NCBI GenBank assembly: GCA_965248835.1
Contig: CBDFLJ010000001.1
Location: forward strand, 288,001 to 352,000
Direction: 5' to 3'
DNA: 64,000 bases
DNA from: Alphaproteobacteria bacterium
Lineage (GTDB): Bacteria > Pseudomonadota > Alphaproteobacteria > MPNO01
Both the position numbers and the translations under genes were made by a program. Under the pieces are notes generated by a model that made no database searches, was not told the origin of the DNA, and saw nothing but the letters and a program-made list of their open reading frames with translations. Shown here in pieces: positions 46,248 through 56,229 of this stretch (position 1 is its first letter; every line of letters begins with the position of its first letter).

Positions 46248-46368
46248 GCTCAGTCCCCGGCCGGCGAACGCGCCAAGCCGGGCGCCCGGAAGTCGAAGGG
46301 AACGACGCGACCATGATCTCCCTGGCGCTTGATGCCGCGGCCGGGCTCTTTCACCCTTCGGTTGGCGC

Positions 46369-47601
46369 ATGAGCCGCCGGACCCCGGCCTCGTCCGCCGC
46401 CTTTGTCATCGCCGCAGTCTGCACCGCGCAGGTCCTGGCGCAGCTCGGCGGCTTCACGTTCTTCGCCCTGCTGCCGACCTTCTTCGTTGAATGGGGCCTC
46501 AACCATTCCCAGGCTGGGATCCTGAACGGCATCGTCTTCGGCGCCTACGCGCTTGCGGTCCCGATTGTCGTTCCCTTGACCGACCGCCTGGATCCGCGGC
46601 GGATATACGTCTGCGCAGCGGGGCTGGCGGCGTGCTCCCACTTGGGCATGGCCTTCTTTGCCGATGGGTTCTGGGACGGGCTGGTCTTTCGCACGCTGGC
46701 CGGGATCGGCTGGGGCGGCACCTACATGGTCGGCCTGAAGACGCTGGCCGATCTGGTGGAAGGCCCCGCGCAATCCCGCGCGGTCGCCTTCCACGCCGCC
46801 AGCATCGGCCTCGGGGGCTCGTTGTCCTTTGTCCTTGCCGGCTGGGTTGCGCAGGCCGTCGGCTGGCAGGGCGCCTTTCAGCTATCGGCGGCGGGCAGCC
46901 TGCTCGCCGTGCTGGTGATGGCCTTCGCGGTGCCGAAGCGGCGACCGGCCCCAGCCGATGGTTCGGGCGGGATCCCGGCGCTGTTGCGGGCGGTCCGCAA
47001 CCGGCCGGCGATCGCGTACTCCATCGGCTACTGCGTCCATAGCTGGGAGATGTTCACGCTGCGCTCCTGGGTGGTGACGTTTCTGGTGTTCACCGCCGCG
47101 CAGGGCGGGTCGCAGCCGAACTTCCTGATCCCGACGGTGGTCGCCATGCTGATGGAGCTGACGGGAACCGCGGCCAGCGTGCTCGGCAACGAGGCCGCCA
47201 TCCGCATCGGCCGGCGGCGGTGGATCCTCACGGTGATGCTGGCGTCCATGGCGGTGGGCGCCGTGGTCGGGTTCGCGGCCGGTGCGGGCTATGGCGCGGC
47301 GGCTGCGGTCTGCCTTGCCTACAACGTCCTGATCTATGCCGATTCGGCGGCACTCACCGCCGGCGCAGTGGGCACCGCCGAGCCGGGCCGCCGCGGTGCC
47401 ACGCTCGCCGTGCACGGCATGCTGGGTTTCGGCGGCGGGTTCGTGGGCCCGCTGTTGCTGGGCGTGATCCTCGATCTCCTGGGCGGCGAGACGGTGATCG
47501 ACTGGGGCATCGCCTTCGCCCACGTTTCGGTGGTCATGGCGATCGGACTCCTGGCCATGCGCGTGCTGAAACCGGGCGAGCTTCCCGGCGATCGGGCGTG
47601 A
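46369..47601 (+). CDS. MFS transporter
   Basis: LTDR.D.RR, R.LAG.GWGGTYM.GLK, HSWEMF, DSAALTAG; about 12 TM. Confidence 0.88.
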   Translation: MSRRTPASSAAFVIAAVCTAQVLAQLGGFTFFALLPTFFVEWGLNHSQAGILNGIVFGAYALAVPIVVPLTDRLDPRRIYVCAAGLAACSHLGMAFFADGFWDGLVFRTLAGIGWGGTYMVGLKTLADLVEGPAQSRAVAFHAASIGLGGSLSFVLAGWVAQAVGWQGAFQLSAAGSLLAVLVMAFAVPKRRPAPADGSGGIPALLRAVRNRPAIAYSIGYCVHSWEMFTLRSWVVTFLVFTAAQGGSQPNFLIPTVVAMLMELTGTAASVLGNEAAIRIGRRRWILTVMLASMAVGAVVGFAAGAGYGAAAAVCLAYNVLIYADSAALTAGAVGTAEPGRRGATLAVHGMLGFGGGFVGPLLLGVILDLLGGETVIDWGIAFAHVSVVMAIGLLAMRVLKPGELPGDRA

Positions 47602-47650
47602 GCCGAAGAGCGGCCGACCGGCACGTCCCGGGATCGCCCGCGCTCGGTTA

Positions 47651-47672
47651 TCGGGCCGGCGGACCGGCCCGA
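47651..47672. terminator. Hairpin between the convergent MFS and sulfatase genes
   Basis: 9-bp stem tcgggccgg/ccggcccga with a 4-nt loop. Confidence 0.4.
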
Positions 47673-47689
47673 CTGGTTCGGGACATGCC

Positions 47690-49297
47690 TTACGCCTGGT
47701 GGCTCGGCAGCGGGCTGCGGTCGACCAGCGCGATCTGGCGGCGGGCCAAGCGCTCCATCACCGCCGCCTTGGCTCCGGCGGCGGCGGGATCGTCCCACAA
47801 ATTGTTGAGTTCCGAGGGGTCGGCCTCGAGGTCATAAAGCTCGCCCCACGGCACGTCGTGATAGAGCGTCATGCGGTGGCGGTCGGTTACGAACGTCCGC
47901 GTCCGGGCGGGCTTCTCGAAGCCGAGCGCGACCCGCTGCTGGTCCTCCTCGATCAGGATCTCGGCGTCGGTGTCGTCCGGACCGCCGTCGATCAGCGGCG
48001 TCAGGCTGCGCCCCTGGATGCCGTTATAGGGCGCGATCTGCGCCCGATCGAGGATCGTGGCGGCGATGTCGAGCGTGCCCGAGACGGTGGCGGTGGTCCC
48101 GACCGGGGCCGCACGCTCAGCGGTGTCGGCCCACAGGAACGGCACCCGGATCAGGCTCTGATAGTGGATCGGGCCCTTGAGCAGGAGCTGGTGGTCGCCC
48201 AGGAAATCGCCGTGATCGGCGGTGAAGATCACTACCGTGTCATCGCGCAGCCCCAGCCGGTCGAGCGTCGCGAGGATGCGGCCGACCGCGTCGTCGATCA
48301 TCGCGATCATGTCGCAGGTCAGCGCCCGGGCCTCGCGCGCCTCGCGCTCGCCGACCGCGAACAGCGCTTGTGCGGTGGTCATGGCGGTCCCGGCATCGCG
48401 CTGGTCGCGGGCGAACTGGACATGCGGCGGCGGGGCGGCGTTGGTCCCGGCGAAGGATTCATCGAGGCTCATGTCCGCAGGACTGTGCATGCCCCAGTAC
48501 CGGCCCGGTGGGGTGAACGGGTGGTGCGGATCGGGGAACGAGGCCATGGCGAAGAACGGCGCATCCGGCCCGTCGGCCGCTATTCCTTCGAGGAAATCGA
48601 CTGTCTTGTCCGCGACATAGCTGGTCGGGTACAGCGCCTCCGGCACCGCGGTGCGCCACGCCTGGGGGCAGACATAATCGTGCGGCAGCGCGTTGTCCGC
48701 GCCGCGCAGCGACTCCGGATCGTCGTGGCGTTCCTTCAGCCATTGCCAGTAATGGCCGCCGACAAGATCGCCGTGCTCGGTGCACAGATCGACCCGCTCG
48801 AAGCCGTAGAACGGATAGGGCACGTCCCAGTCAGGATCGTCATGCCAGCCTTGCGGCGATTCGGCCGCGGCCGGGCCGTTCTCGGCAGACGGCTTGAGCG
48901 CCTCGGCAAACGGGGGCGGCGGCGGCAAACAGTCCTCCGGGGCTTCCGGACCCTTCTGGATCGCCGGCCTGCCGGTCATGTTCTGCAGGTGACTCTTGCC
49001 CAGAAGCGCGGTCTTGTAGCCGTGGCAGCGCATCAGATCGACGAACGTGTTGGCGCGGAAGGACAGCGCGATCCCGTTGCTGCGCACGCCGTGGAGCGAC
49101 GGCATGCGCCCGGTCATCAGGGTGGCGCGGTTGGGCATGCAGATCGGCGAGGCGACATAGAAGCGGTCGAAGCGGCGGCCGCGGGCGGCAATGGAATCGA
49201 TGTGCGGGGTCTTCAGCACCGGATGGCCGCCACAGCCGAGGAAATCGGCGCGTTGCTGATCGGTGATGAAGAACAGGAAATTGGGTCGCTTCGCCAT
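47690..49297 (-). CDS. Cys-type formylglycine-dependent sulfatase (cytoplasmic)
   Basis: PNFLFFITDQQR, CMPNR (CxPxR), GKSH, DPHHPF, TADHGD, ELYDL..DP.E. Confidence 0.92.
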   Translation of the reverse strand: MAKRPNFLFFITDQQRADFLGCGGHPVLKTPHIDSIAARGRRFDRFYVASPICMPNRATLMTGRMPSLHGVRSNGIALSFRANTFVDLMRCHGYKTALLGKSHLQNMTGRPAIQKGPEAPEDCLPPPPPFAEALKPSAENGPAAAESPQGWHDDPDWDVPYPFYGFERVDLCTEHGDLVGGHYWQWLKERHDDPESLRGADNALPHDYVCPQAWRTAVPEALYPTSYVADKTVDFLEGIAADGPDAPFFAMASFPDPHHPFTPPGRYWGMHSPADMSLDESFAGTNAAPPPHVQFARDQRDAGTAMTTAQALFAVGEREAREARALTCDMIAMIDDAVGRILATLDRLGLRDDTVVIFTADHGDFLGDHQLLLKGPIHYQSLIRVPFLWADTAERAAPVGTTATVSGTLDIAATILDRAQIAPYNGIQGRSLTPLIDGGPDDTDAEILIEEDQQRVALGFEKPARTRTFVTDRHRMTLYHDVPWGELYDLEADPSELNNLWDDPAAAGAKAAVMERLARRQIALVDRSPLPSHQA

Positions 49298-49320
49298 GAT
49301 ATCTCCCATGCGGGTTCGTT

Positions 49321-49375
49321 GCCTGGAGCCTGTTCCAATCGGATCGATCCGGTCCGATTGGAACAGGCTCTAGGC
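49321..49375. repeat. MITE/REP-like palindrome
   Basis: Perfect 18-bp arms gagcctgttccaatcgga (49326-49343) and tccgattggaacaggctc (49353-49370); ends in GCTCTAG. Confidence 0.75.
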
Positions 49376-50248
49376 GACCCTGGCCGAGGCCAGGCCCATC
49401 CATCCGAGGAACGGCGCGACCAGGACGCCGGCGGGATCGTTCATGTCCTCGTTGACGGTGAAATGGTGGCGCCCTGCGAGCTCGAGCCGGCGGCATTCGT
49501 TGCCCCTGGCCAGCCAGGCCTCGGCGAAGGCACGCGGCTGGCGGCGGAACTCCTCGGTCTCCAGCGATCCGGCGGCGATGATCAGCGGACACCCGTCTTC
49601 GGGCACGTGAAGGATCGGGCTGTTGCGCGCCGCCGAGACCTGGTCGAGCTTGAGCCACTCGTTGCGGAAGGTCAGGCGCACCGGCTCCAGGTCGTACATG
49701 CCGCTGACCAGAAGCCCGCCCTTGACGACGTCGCGCGGCAGCCCGAGGGCGGCGGACCAGTCGGTGACCGCCATCATGGCGGCGATATGGGCGCCCGATG
49801 ACTTGCCATGGACGAACAGCCGCGTGCGGTCGCCGCCGAAGGATTCGGCGTTGGCCCACAGCCAGGCAATCGCATCGCGGCACTGGCCGATCAGCGTATC
49901 CATGGTGACCTTGGGCAACAGGCTGAAATTGACCGAGACGTAGTGGACGCCGGCCGCCGCGTACATTGCCGCGCTCTCGCAGTTGCTGGTCTTGCTGCCC
50001 ATCGCCCAGCGCCCGCCGTGGAAGAACACGACGATCGGCGCCGGTGCGGCCGCTTCGGCGAGGTAGATGTCCAGGCGCTCGTCCTCGCCCGGGCCGTAGG
50101 CGATGTCGAATTCACCCGCGGTGGCCGCCCGCACGCGCTCGCTCTCGGCCTTCTGGGCGGCGATGTACGCATCGGCGTCGGGGACGAAATGGCGGTGCTC
50201 GTACTGCCGGTCGAGCGCTTCTTGGGTATAGTCGAGATAGACCTTCAT
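49370..50248 (-). CDS. Arylformamidase/kynurenine formamidase-like alpha/beta hydrolase
   Basis: Y....LD.QY, YG....RLDIY, FFHGGRW, GKSSGAH, SGMYDL.P, HHF. Confidence 0.82.
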   Translation of the reverse strand: MKVYLDYTQEALDRQYEHRHFVPDADAYIAAQKAESERVRAATAGEFDIAYGPGEDERLDIYLAEAAAPAPIVVFFHGGRWAMGSKTSNCESAAMYAAAGVHYVSVNFSLLPKVTMDTLIGQCRDAIAWLWANAESFGGDRTRLFVHGKSSGAHIAAMMAVTDWSAALGLPRDVVKGGLLVSGMYDLEPVRLTFRNEWLKLDQVSAARNSPILHVPEDGCPLIIAAGSLETEEFRRQPRAFAEAWLARGNECRRLELAGRHHFTVNEDMNDPAGVLVAPFLGWMGLASARVA

Positions 50249-50324
50249 CGAGCGTGCTTCCTGCCGCCGCTCGCGCCAGTCTATGGCGCCGCCGGTGGGG
50301 TGTCCACGAACCGGGAAGGAAGCC

Positions 50325-51446
50325 ATGAGCGCCGCGATTCCGCCCCGTCTGAGCAGCCCGATGTTCGGCCCGAACCGGTTCCGGCTCGGAGTCTTCGGGC
50401 TCAATTGCTCGGGCGGCTTGGCCGCAACGACGGTGCCGGAGCGATGGCGCGCAGGCTGGGACGAGAACCTGGTCGTCGGGCGGATGGCAGACGAAGCCGG
50501 CATCGATTTCCTGCTGCCGGTAGCCCGCTGGCGCGGCTGGGGCGGCGAGACCGATTTCCTGGGCGAGTCCCAGGAGACGATCACCTGGGCCTGCGGCCAT
50601 CTTGCCGCGACCAAACGGATCACCGTCTTCGGCACCGTGCACGCCCCGCTGGTTCATCCGATCTTCGCCGCCAAGCAGATGGTCACCGTCGATCACATCG
50701 GCCACGGACGGTTCGCGCTCAACATCGTCTGCGGCTGGAACCAGGACGAGTTCGACATGTTCGGCGTGGCCCAGCGCGCGCATGACGACCGCTATGCCTA
50801 CGGCCAGGAATGGTGGGACGTGGTCAGCCGGATATGGTCGAGCAGCGAGAGATTCGATTTCGACGGCGCCTATCTCAAGCTCAGGGGAGTCCTCGGCAAG
50901 CCGGGCCCGTTCGGCGGCACCCGTCCGGTGCTGATGAATGCCGGCGCATCGGCGGCGGGCCGCGCCTTCGGTGCACGCAACTGCGATTTCCTGTTCACCG
51001 TCATCGCCGACATCGAGCAGGGCGGCAAGGTCGTCGCCGCGATCAAGAAACAGGCGCGGGACATGGGCCGCGACGTGGACGTGCTGGCGACCAGCTACAT
51101 CGTCTGCCGGCCGACGACCAAGGAGGCCGAGGACTATCACCATCACTACGTCTACGAGCACGGCGACTGGCAGGCGGCGAACAATTTGCGGCTGCAGGCC
51201 TGGAACTACCAGCAGGGCCGCCCACCGGCCCTGCAGAAGGAGCTCATGTATCGCTATGCGGCCGGCCACGGCTCCTTCCCGATCATCGGGACGCCCGACC
51301 ACGTGGCCCGGACCATGCGGCGGATGGCCGAGGCGGGCTTCGCCGGCAGCACGATCGCCTTCGTCGACTATCCGAACGAGCTGCGATTTTTCTGCGACGA
51401 GGTGCTGCCCCGGCTCGAGCGCATTGGGCTCCGCCAGCCGGGTTGA
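50325..51446 (+). CDS. LLM-class flavin monooxygenase (SfnG/RutA-like subgroup)
   Basis: LG.FG.NCSGG, LLPVARWRGWGG, F.TVH, AAKQ..T.DHI, LNIVCGW, MNAG.S..G. Confidence 0.88.
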   Translation: MSAAIPPRLSSPMFGPNRFRLGVFGLNCSGGLAATTVPERWRAGWDENLVVGRMADEAGIDFLLPVARWRGWGGETDFLGESQETITWACGHLAATKRITVFGTVHAPLVHPIFAAKQMVTVDHIGHGRFALNIVCGWNQDEFDMFGVAQRAHDDRYAYGQEWWDVVSRIWSSSERFDFDGAYLKLRGVLGKPGPFGGTRPVLMNAGASAAGRAFGARNCDFLFTVIADIEQGGKVVAAIKKQARDMGRDVDVLATSYIVCRPTTKEAEDYHHHYVYEHGDWQAANNLRLQAWNYQQGRPPALQKELMYRYAAGHGSFPIIGTPDHVARTMRRMAEAGFAGSTIAFVDYPNELRFFCDEVLPRLERIGLRQPG

Positions 51447-51516
51447 GCCCCGGCGGCGATGACGCCGGACGCCGCGGGGCGTCGAACGGGCACGGCGCCG
51501 GTTTGTTCGGCACTGC

Positions 51517-52617
51517 TCAGTCGCGGATATCCTGCAGGAACCAATCGGTCGGGATCTCCCGGCCCAGCCCCGCCTCGCGCGCCTTCGCGAGCACCAGCCC
51601 GCCGACCGCGGAGAACTGAAGGCCCTGGAAGCCGGTGTTCTGGTAGAAGGTTATGTCTTTCTCGCTCCGCCTGCCCGGCACCGCGCCGCTCACCAGATCG
51701 CAATAGGTCGGGTGCTGATCGCGGTAGATATCGCGCTCGCGCTTTGGCGGCAGCCGTTGGAGCTCCTCCTCGGTGCCGGCCAGCACCGCCATCGGACTGT
51801 GGCCGATGCCCGAGGTCATGCGCGCGCTTTCCGGCATCTGCATGCCGGGGACGCCTTGGCGGATGGTGACGTCGAACCTCTCCAGCGCCGCCTGGCTGAC
51901 CTCGTCGGGGCCGAGGTTGGTGACATGCATGCCGGGCTCCAGCCAGCCGGCTTCGAAGGTGGGCTCCATGCTGTCGGTCGCGGTTGCCAGGATATCGGCG
52001 CCGCGGACCGCGTCGCGCGCCGCGCCGACGGCGGTCACCCGGACACCTAGGCGCCCGGCCATTTCCTCGGCGTAGCGCTCGCGGTTGGCGCTGGTCGGGC
52101 TGAAAACCCACACCTCGGCGATCTCGCGCACCGCGCAGATCGCCTCCAGATAGGTCCGGGCCATCCCGCCGGAGCCGAGCAGACCGACAATGCGGGCATC
52201 GGCGCGCGCCAGATGCTTGACGCCGATCCCGGCGCCGCCGCCGACCCGCATGTGCTGGAGGTGGCCGTCCTTGATGATCGCCAGCGGCGCGCCGTTCAAG
52301 GCGCTGAACAGGAGGATCAGCCCGCAATAGGTGCCGGGCTCGACGCAGTACTTGTCTTCCGTCCACCGGCCGGAGGCATCGCGCGGCCAGGTGATGATGT
52401 CGGACTTCATGCGGATGGCGAAAATACCGTCGTTATAGCCTTCCATCGTGCCCCAGCGGTAATACCCGTCCTCGCGCTCGCACGGCGCGTACATGTCGAT
52501 CCGCGCCCTGAACGCGGCGCCGCCGTCGGGGATCCGGCGGAATGCGGCCTCCTGGGCCTGGATGCACTCGCGCATCGTCAGGACCTCGGCAACCACGGGG
52601 TTGTCGATAAGGAGCAT
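51517..52617 (-). CDS. Ornithine cyclodeaminase/mu-crystallin family protein
   Basis: DG.LQHMRVG, GLLGSGGMA, VFSP, ADI..TATDS, WL.PG.HV, GLQF.AVG. Confidence 0.85.
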   Translation of the reverse strand: MLLIDNPVVAEVLTMRECIQAQEAAFRRIPDGGAAFRARIDMYAPCEREDGYYRWGTMEGYNDGIFAIRMKSDIITWPRDASGRWTEDKYCVEPGTYCGLILLFSALNGAPLAIIKDGHLQHMRVGGGAGIGVKHLARADARIVGLLGSGGMARTYLEAICAVREIAEVWVFSPTSANRERYAEEMAGRLGVRVTAVGAARDAVRGADILATATDSMEPTFEAGWLEPGMHVTNLGPDEVSQAALERFDVTIRQGVPGMQMPESARMTSGIGHSPMAVLAGTEEELQRLPPKRERDIYRDQHPTYCDLVSGAVPGRRSEKDITFYQNTGFQGLQFSAVGGLVLAKAREAGLGREIPTDWFLQDIRD

Positions 52618-52634
52618 GAGCGTTTTCCACTTCG

Positions 52635-52651
52635 TTACCAACGCGTTGTAA
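52635..52651. promoter_or_regulatory. Candidate operator upstream of the cyclodeaminase gene
   Basis: TTAC-CAACGCGTTG-TAA, with a perfect 10-bp core dyad about 20 nt upstream of ATG 52617. Confidence 0.3.
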
Positions 52652-52981
52652 AACGGTCTTTGGTTCGATTCCTGCCGCCGTTGGGTGACGCGCAACAGCC
52701 CGGGGCGGCAGCGAATGTCGGGGACAGGATGGACCAGATCGGCGTCTTTGCCGAGAGCGGGTTTGCCGTCGTTCCGAGGTTGCCGAGCTGGCCGCCGCGT
52801 TCGGGCTGGATCCGGCGATGCGCAAGGATCTTCTGCGTGAGCCCGGCGATACGGCTCCGGGCCGAACACGTCATCGATCGACCGGCTTTTCTGCCTCAAC
52901 GGCTATGGGACGGCGGCGAACCGCGGCCGCAGCGAATGGGCATTTCGCAGCGGCGGCCCGGGCGAGCGGATGCGTCTTGGC

Positions 52982-54391
52982 TCAGACGCTGTAGTACATG
53001 GCGAATTCGATGGGGTGCGGTGTGTACTCGAAGGCTTGGATTTCCTCGCGCCTGAGATCGAGGTAGCCGTCGATCAGGTCGTCGGAGAACACGTCGCCGC
53101 GCTTGAGGAACCCCCGGTCGGCATCGACCGCCTCGACCGCCTCGCGCAGCGATTGGCAGACCGTCGGGATGTCCTTGAGCTCCTCCGCCGGCAGGTCGTA
53201 GAGGTTCTTGTCCATCGGGTCGCCCGGATGGATCTTGTTCTCCACCCCGTCGAGACCGGCCATCAGCATGGCGGCGAACGCCAGATAGGGGTTCGCCGAG
53301 GGGTCGGGGAAGCGGACCTCCACCCGCTTGCCGTTGGGGCTGGAGGCGAACGGGATGCGGCACGCCGCCGAGCGGTTGCGCGCCGAGTAGGCCAGCAGCA
53401 CCGGCGCCTCGAAGCCCGGCACCAGGCGCTTGTAGCTGTTGGTCGTCGGGTTCGAGAAGGCGTTGATCGCCTTGGCGTGCTTGATGATCCCGCCGATATA
53501 GTGCAGCGCCGTCTCCGACAGATCGGCATAGCCCGAGCCGGCGAAGATCGGCCTGCCGTCCTTCCAGATCGACTGGTGGACATGCATGCCCGAACCGTTG
53601 TCGTCGATCACCGGCTTGGGCATGAAGGTGGCGGTCTTGCCGTAGGAATGGGCGACCGACTGGACGACGTATTTGTAGATCTGCACCTGATCGGCGGTCT
53701 GCAGCAGATCGCCGCCGCGCATGCCCAGCTCGTTCTGGCTGGGCGCGACCTCGTGATGGTGCTTCTCGATGGCCACCCCCATCTCGCCCATCACGGTGAG
53801 CATCTCGGCCCGCAGATCGGCCAGCGAGTCGACCGGCGGGACCGGGAAGTAGCCGCCCTTGACGGCCGGCCTGTGGCCGACATTGCCGCCGTCGAAGCCG
53901 CGCCCGGTGTTGTAGGGGCCTTCCTCCTCGTCGATCGCGTAGAAGGTGTGGTTCATCGACACGTCGAAGCGGACGTCGTCGAAGACGAAGAACTCCAGCT
54001 CGGGGCCGAACATCGTGGCGTCGCCGACCCCGGTCTGATTGAGATAGGCCTGGGCGAGCTTGGCCGTCGAGCGCGGGTCGCGCGAATAGGGCTGGCCGGT
54101 GGTCGGCTCGAGCACGTCGCAGAACAGGATCAGCGAGGTCTGGGCGGAAAACGGATCGAGCACCGCGGTGGCGGGATCGGGCATCAGGCACATGTCGGAT
54201 TCCGAGATGTCCTTCCAGCCGGCGATCGAGGAGCCGTCGAACATGATGCCCGAGGCGATCATGTCCTCATCGACGGTGCGCACCGCCTGGGCGGTGTGCT
54301 GCCACTTGCCGCGCGGGTCGGTGAAGCGGAAATCGACGTACTTGACGTCGTGCTCCTTGATCATCTGCAGGATCTTCGAGGCATCGGACAT
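52982..54391 (-). CDS. glnA: Glutamine synthetase type I
   Basis: [46 protein letters not shown] (adenylylation Tyr). Confidence 0.97.
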   Translation of the reverse strand: MSDASKILQMIKEHDVKYVDFRFTDPRGKWQHTAQAVRTVDEDMIASGIMFDGSSIAGWKDISESDMCLMPDPATAVLDPFSAQTSLILFCDVLEPTTGQPYSRDPRSTAKLAQAYLNQTGVGDATMFGPELEFFVFDDVRFDVSMNHTFYAIDEEEGPYNTGRGFDGGNVGHRPAVKGGYFPVPPVDSLADLRAEMLTVMGEMGVAIEKHHHEVAPSQNELGMRGGDLLQTADQVQIYKYVVQSVAHSYGKTATFMPKPVIDDNGSGMHVHQSIWKDGRPIFAGSGYADLSETALHYIGGIIKHAKAINAFSNPTTNSYKRLVPGFEAPVLLAYSARNRSAACRIPFASSPNGKRVEVRFPDPSANPYLAFAAMLMAGLDGVENKIHPGDPMDKNLYDLPAEELKDIPTVCQSLREAVEAVDADRGFLKRGDVFSDDLIDGYLDLRREEIQAFEYTPHPIEFAMYYSV

Positions 54392-54481
54392 CGCGGGCGC
54401 TCCTCACACAATCACGGGTGGGATCTGACGGCGGTGCAATAAGGCGCGATCACAGCGCGTCCGCGCCGGTCTCGCGGAAAC

Positions 54482-54498
54482 GGCAACGAGCATTCCGG
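54482..54498 (-). promoter_or_regulatory. Putative sigma54 (-24/-12) promoter of glnA
   Basis: Minus strand CCGGAATGCTCGTTGCC gives GG-N10-GC with TTGC, about 90 nt upstream of the ATG. Confidence 0.45.
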
Positions 54499-54838
54499 AG
54501 AACAGAACAGTCGTCAGTTTACTAAGCACACGCACCACGCCTTGGTCCTTCATGTTCGATGTCGCACTGACAATGACCGCTCGGCGCTTCAGGGATCGTA
54601 TGTCGGCAAAGCTATGGCTCAAGATCGTCTCGGTCTGCTGCTAATTTTTCAGCGAAGCGATGCAAAAATTCGAACGGTCCGAGCTTAGAGGCCGGCGTCC
54701 GCATCCGCCGCGCAGGCTAACGAAGCCGGGCCGGCCGGGGAACGACGGGCTCGCGGCTTGCGGCCCACGATACGAGTCACTTGGATTTCCCCGCAATCGC
54801 GGTACAGTCGGGCCATGAACCGCCAAACGGGAGAGACG

Positions 54839-55339
54839 ATGATGAACCGGAGCGAGAACGCACGCGGCCGCTGTGTCGTGGTTCAGCCGGGCGAAGGGAA
54901 ATCCTTCTGGCAGCCGGTGCCGGCCAACGGCCATGCCGATCCGACGCTGGTGCCGGGCGATACCGGCTTCGACGGCGTGTCGATGGGCTTCCAGACCATC
55001 GATCCGGGCTGCCGGGTGCGCGAGCATTCCCACCCCGATCAGATCGAGCTGCAGATCTGCTTCAAGGGCTCAGGCACCGTCAGGCTCGACGGCGAGCCGC
55101 ATCCGGTCTCGCCGGGCACGGCCTGCTTCCTGGGCTATGACGTCAAGCACGAGATCATCAACGACACCGACGACGAGCTGGTGATGATGTGGGTGATCGC
55201 GCCGGGCGGACTAGAGGAATTCTTCGAGACCGTCGGCCGGCCGCGCGCCGAGGGCGAGCCGGCGCCCGAGCCGTTCGCGAGGCCCGCCGATGTCCTCAGC
55301 ATCGAGCGCAGCCATGGCATGAACGACACCGTCGCCTGA
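54839..55339 (+). CDS. Cupin domain protein
   Basis: PG....EHSHP.QIE, G.G.V..DG, PG, KHEI.N. Confidence 0.85.
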   Translation: MMNRSENARGRCVVVQPGEGKSFWQPVPANGHADPTLVPGDTGFDGVSMGFQTIDPGCRVREHSHPDQIELQICFKGSGTVRLDGEPHPVSPGTACFLGYDVKHEIINDTDDELVMMWVIAPGGLEEFFETVGRPRAEGEPAPEPFARPADVLSIERSHGMNDTVA

Positions 55340-55361
55340 ATTTCGCAAAGGGAGTGCCGGG

Positions 55362-56162
55362 ATGCCAAAAGCCGATATCGGCGACGCCGAGATCTACTAT
55401 GAGAGTTCAGGCGACGGCCCGCCGCTGATGCTGGTTCCCGGGCTCGGCGGAGGCGGAGCGTTTTGGAGCAATCAGGTCGAAGCCTTCCGTGAGCACTTCC
55501 GGGTGATCATCCACGATCACCGCGGCGCCGGACAGAGCACGCACTCGCGGATCACCTATTCGGTCGATCAGATGGCCGCCGACACGCTCAAGCTGATGGA
55601 TGCGCTGGACATCGCGGCGGCCCATTACGTTGGCCATTCGACCGGCGGGGCGATCGGCCAGACCATCGCCCAGGACGCGGGCGACAGGCTCAAATCGATG
55701 GTGCTCTCGGCTACATGGCCGGGGCAGGACGCCTATTTCAACCGCTGCTTCTACGTCCGCAAGCTGGCGCTGGAGAAGGGCGGCGTGCTCGACTACGCCA
55801 AGACCTCGTCGATCGCGCTGTTGCCGCCATGGTGGATCGCCGAGAACGATGAGGAGCTTACCCGTCAGAACGAGGCGCAAGCCGCCGACCATCCGCCGAT
55901 CGAGGTGATGGCCAGCCGGATCGATGCGATCACGGCCTTTGACCGGCGCGCGCGAATGGGCGAGATCAGCGTACCCACGATGGTCATCGTCGCGCGCGAC
56001 GACGTGGTCACCCCGATCCACCAGTCCGACGAGCTGGCCGCCGGCATCGCCAACGCGCGCTATACGGTGCTGGAACGCGGCGGCCACTTCGTGCCGATCG
56101 TCCTGCCGGAGGCCTACAACCCGCCGGTGCTCGAATTCCTGCTCGAACACCGCGACCGCTGA
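55362..56162 (+). CDS. RutD-like alpha/beta hydrolase
   Basis: GLGG...FW..Q, DHRG.G.S, GHSTGG, F.RCF.VRK, GGH. Confidence 0.82.
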   Translation: MPKADIGDAEIYYESSGDGPPLMLVPGLGGGGAFWSNQVEAFREHFRVIIHDHRGAGQSTHSRITYSVDQMAADTLKLMDALDIAAAHYVGHSTGGAIGQTIAQDAGDRLKSMVLSATWPGQDAYFNRCFYVRKLALEKGGVLDYAKTSSIALLPPWWIAENDEELTRQNEAQAADHPPIEVMASRIDAITAFDRRARMGEISVPTMVIVARDDVVTPIHQSDELAAGIANARYTVLERGGHFVPIVLPEAYNPPVLEFLLEHRDR

Positions 56163-56229
56163 AGACCGCCCGTCGGTCGCCCGGGACCGGCGCCGCGCCC
56201 GGGGTCCCGGTCGCCGCGAGTCGCGGCCG

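Noticed and set aside
52661-52680. tRNA-like GGTTCGATTCC T-loop
   Set aside because: The flanks do not form a T-stem, and no acceptor or anticodon arms are visible.
54531-54676. NtrC binding sites upstream of glnA
   Set aside because: GCACCA-N5-TGGT and TGC-N10-GCG both miss the canonical TGCAC-N7-GTGCA spacing, so they are not called.
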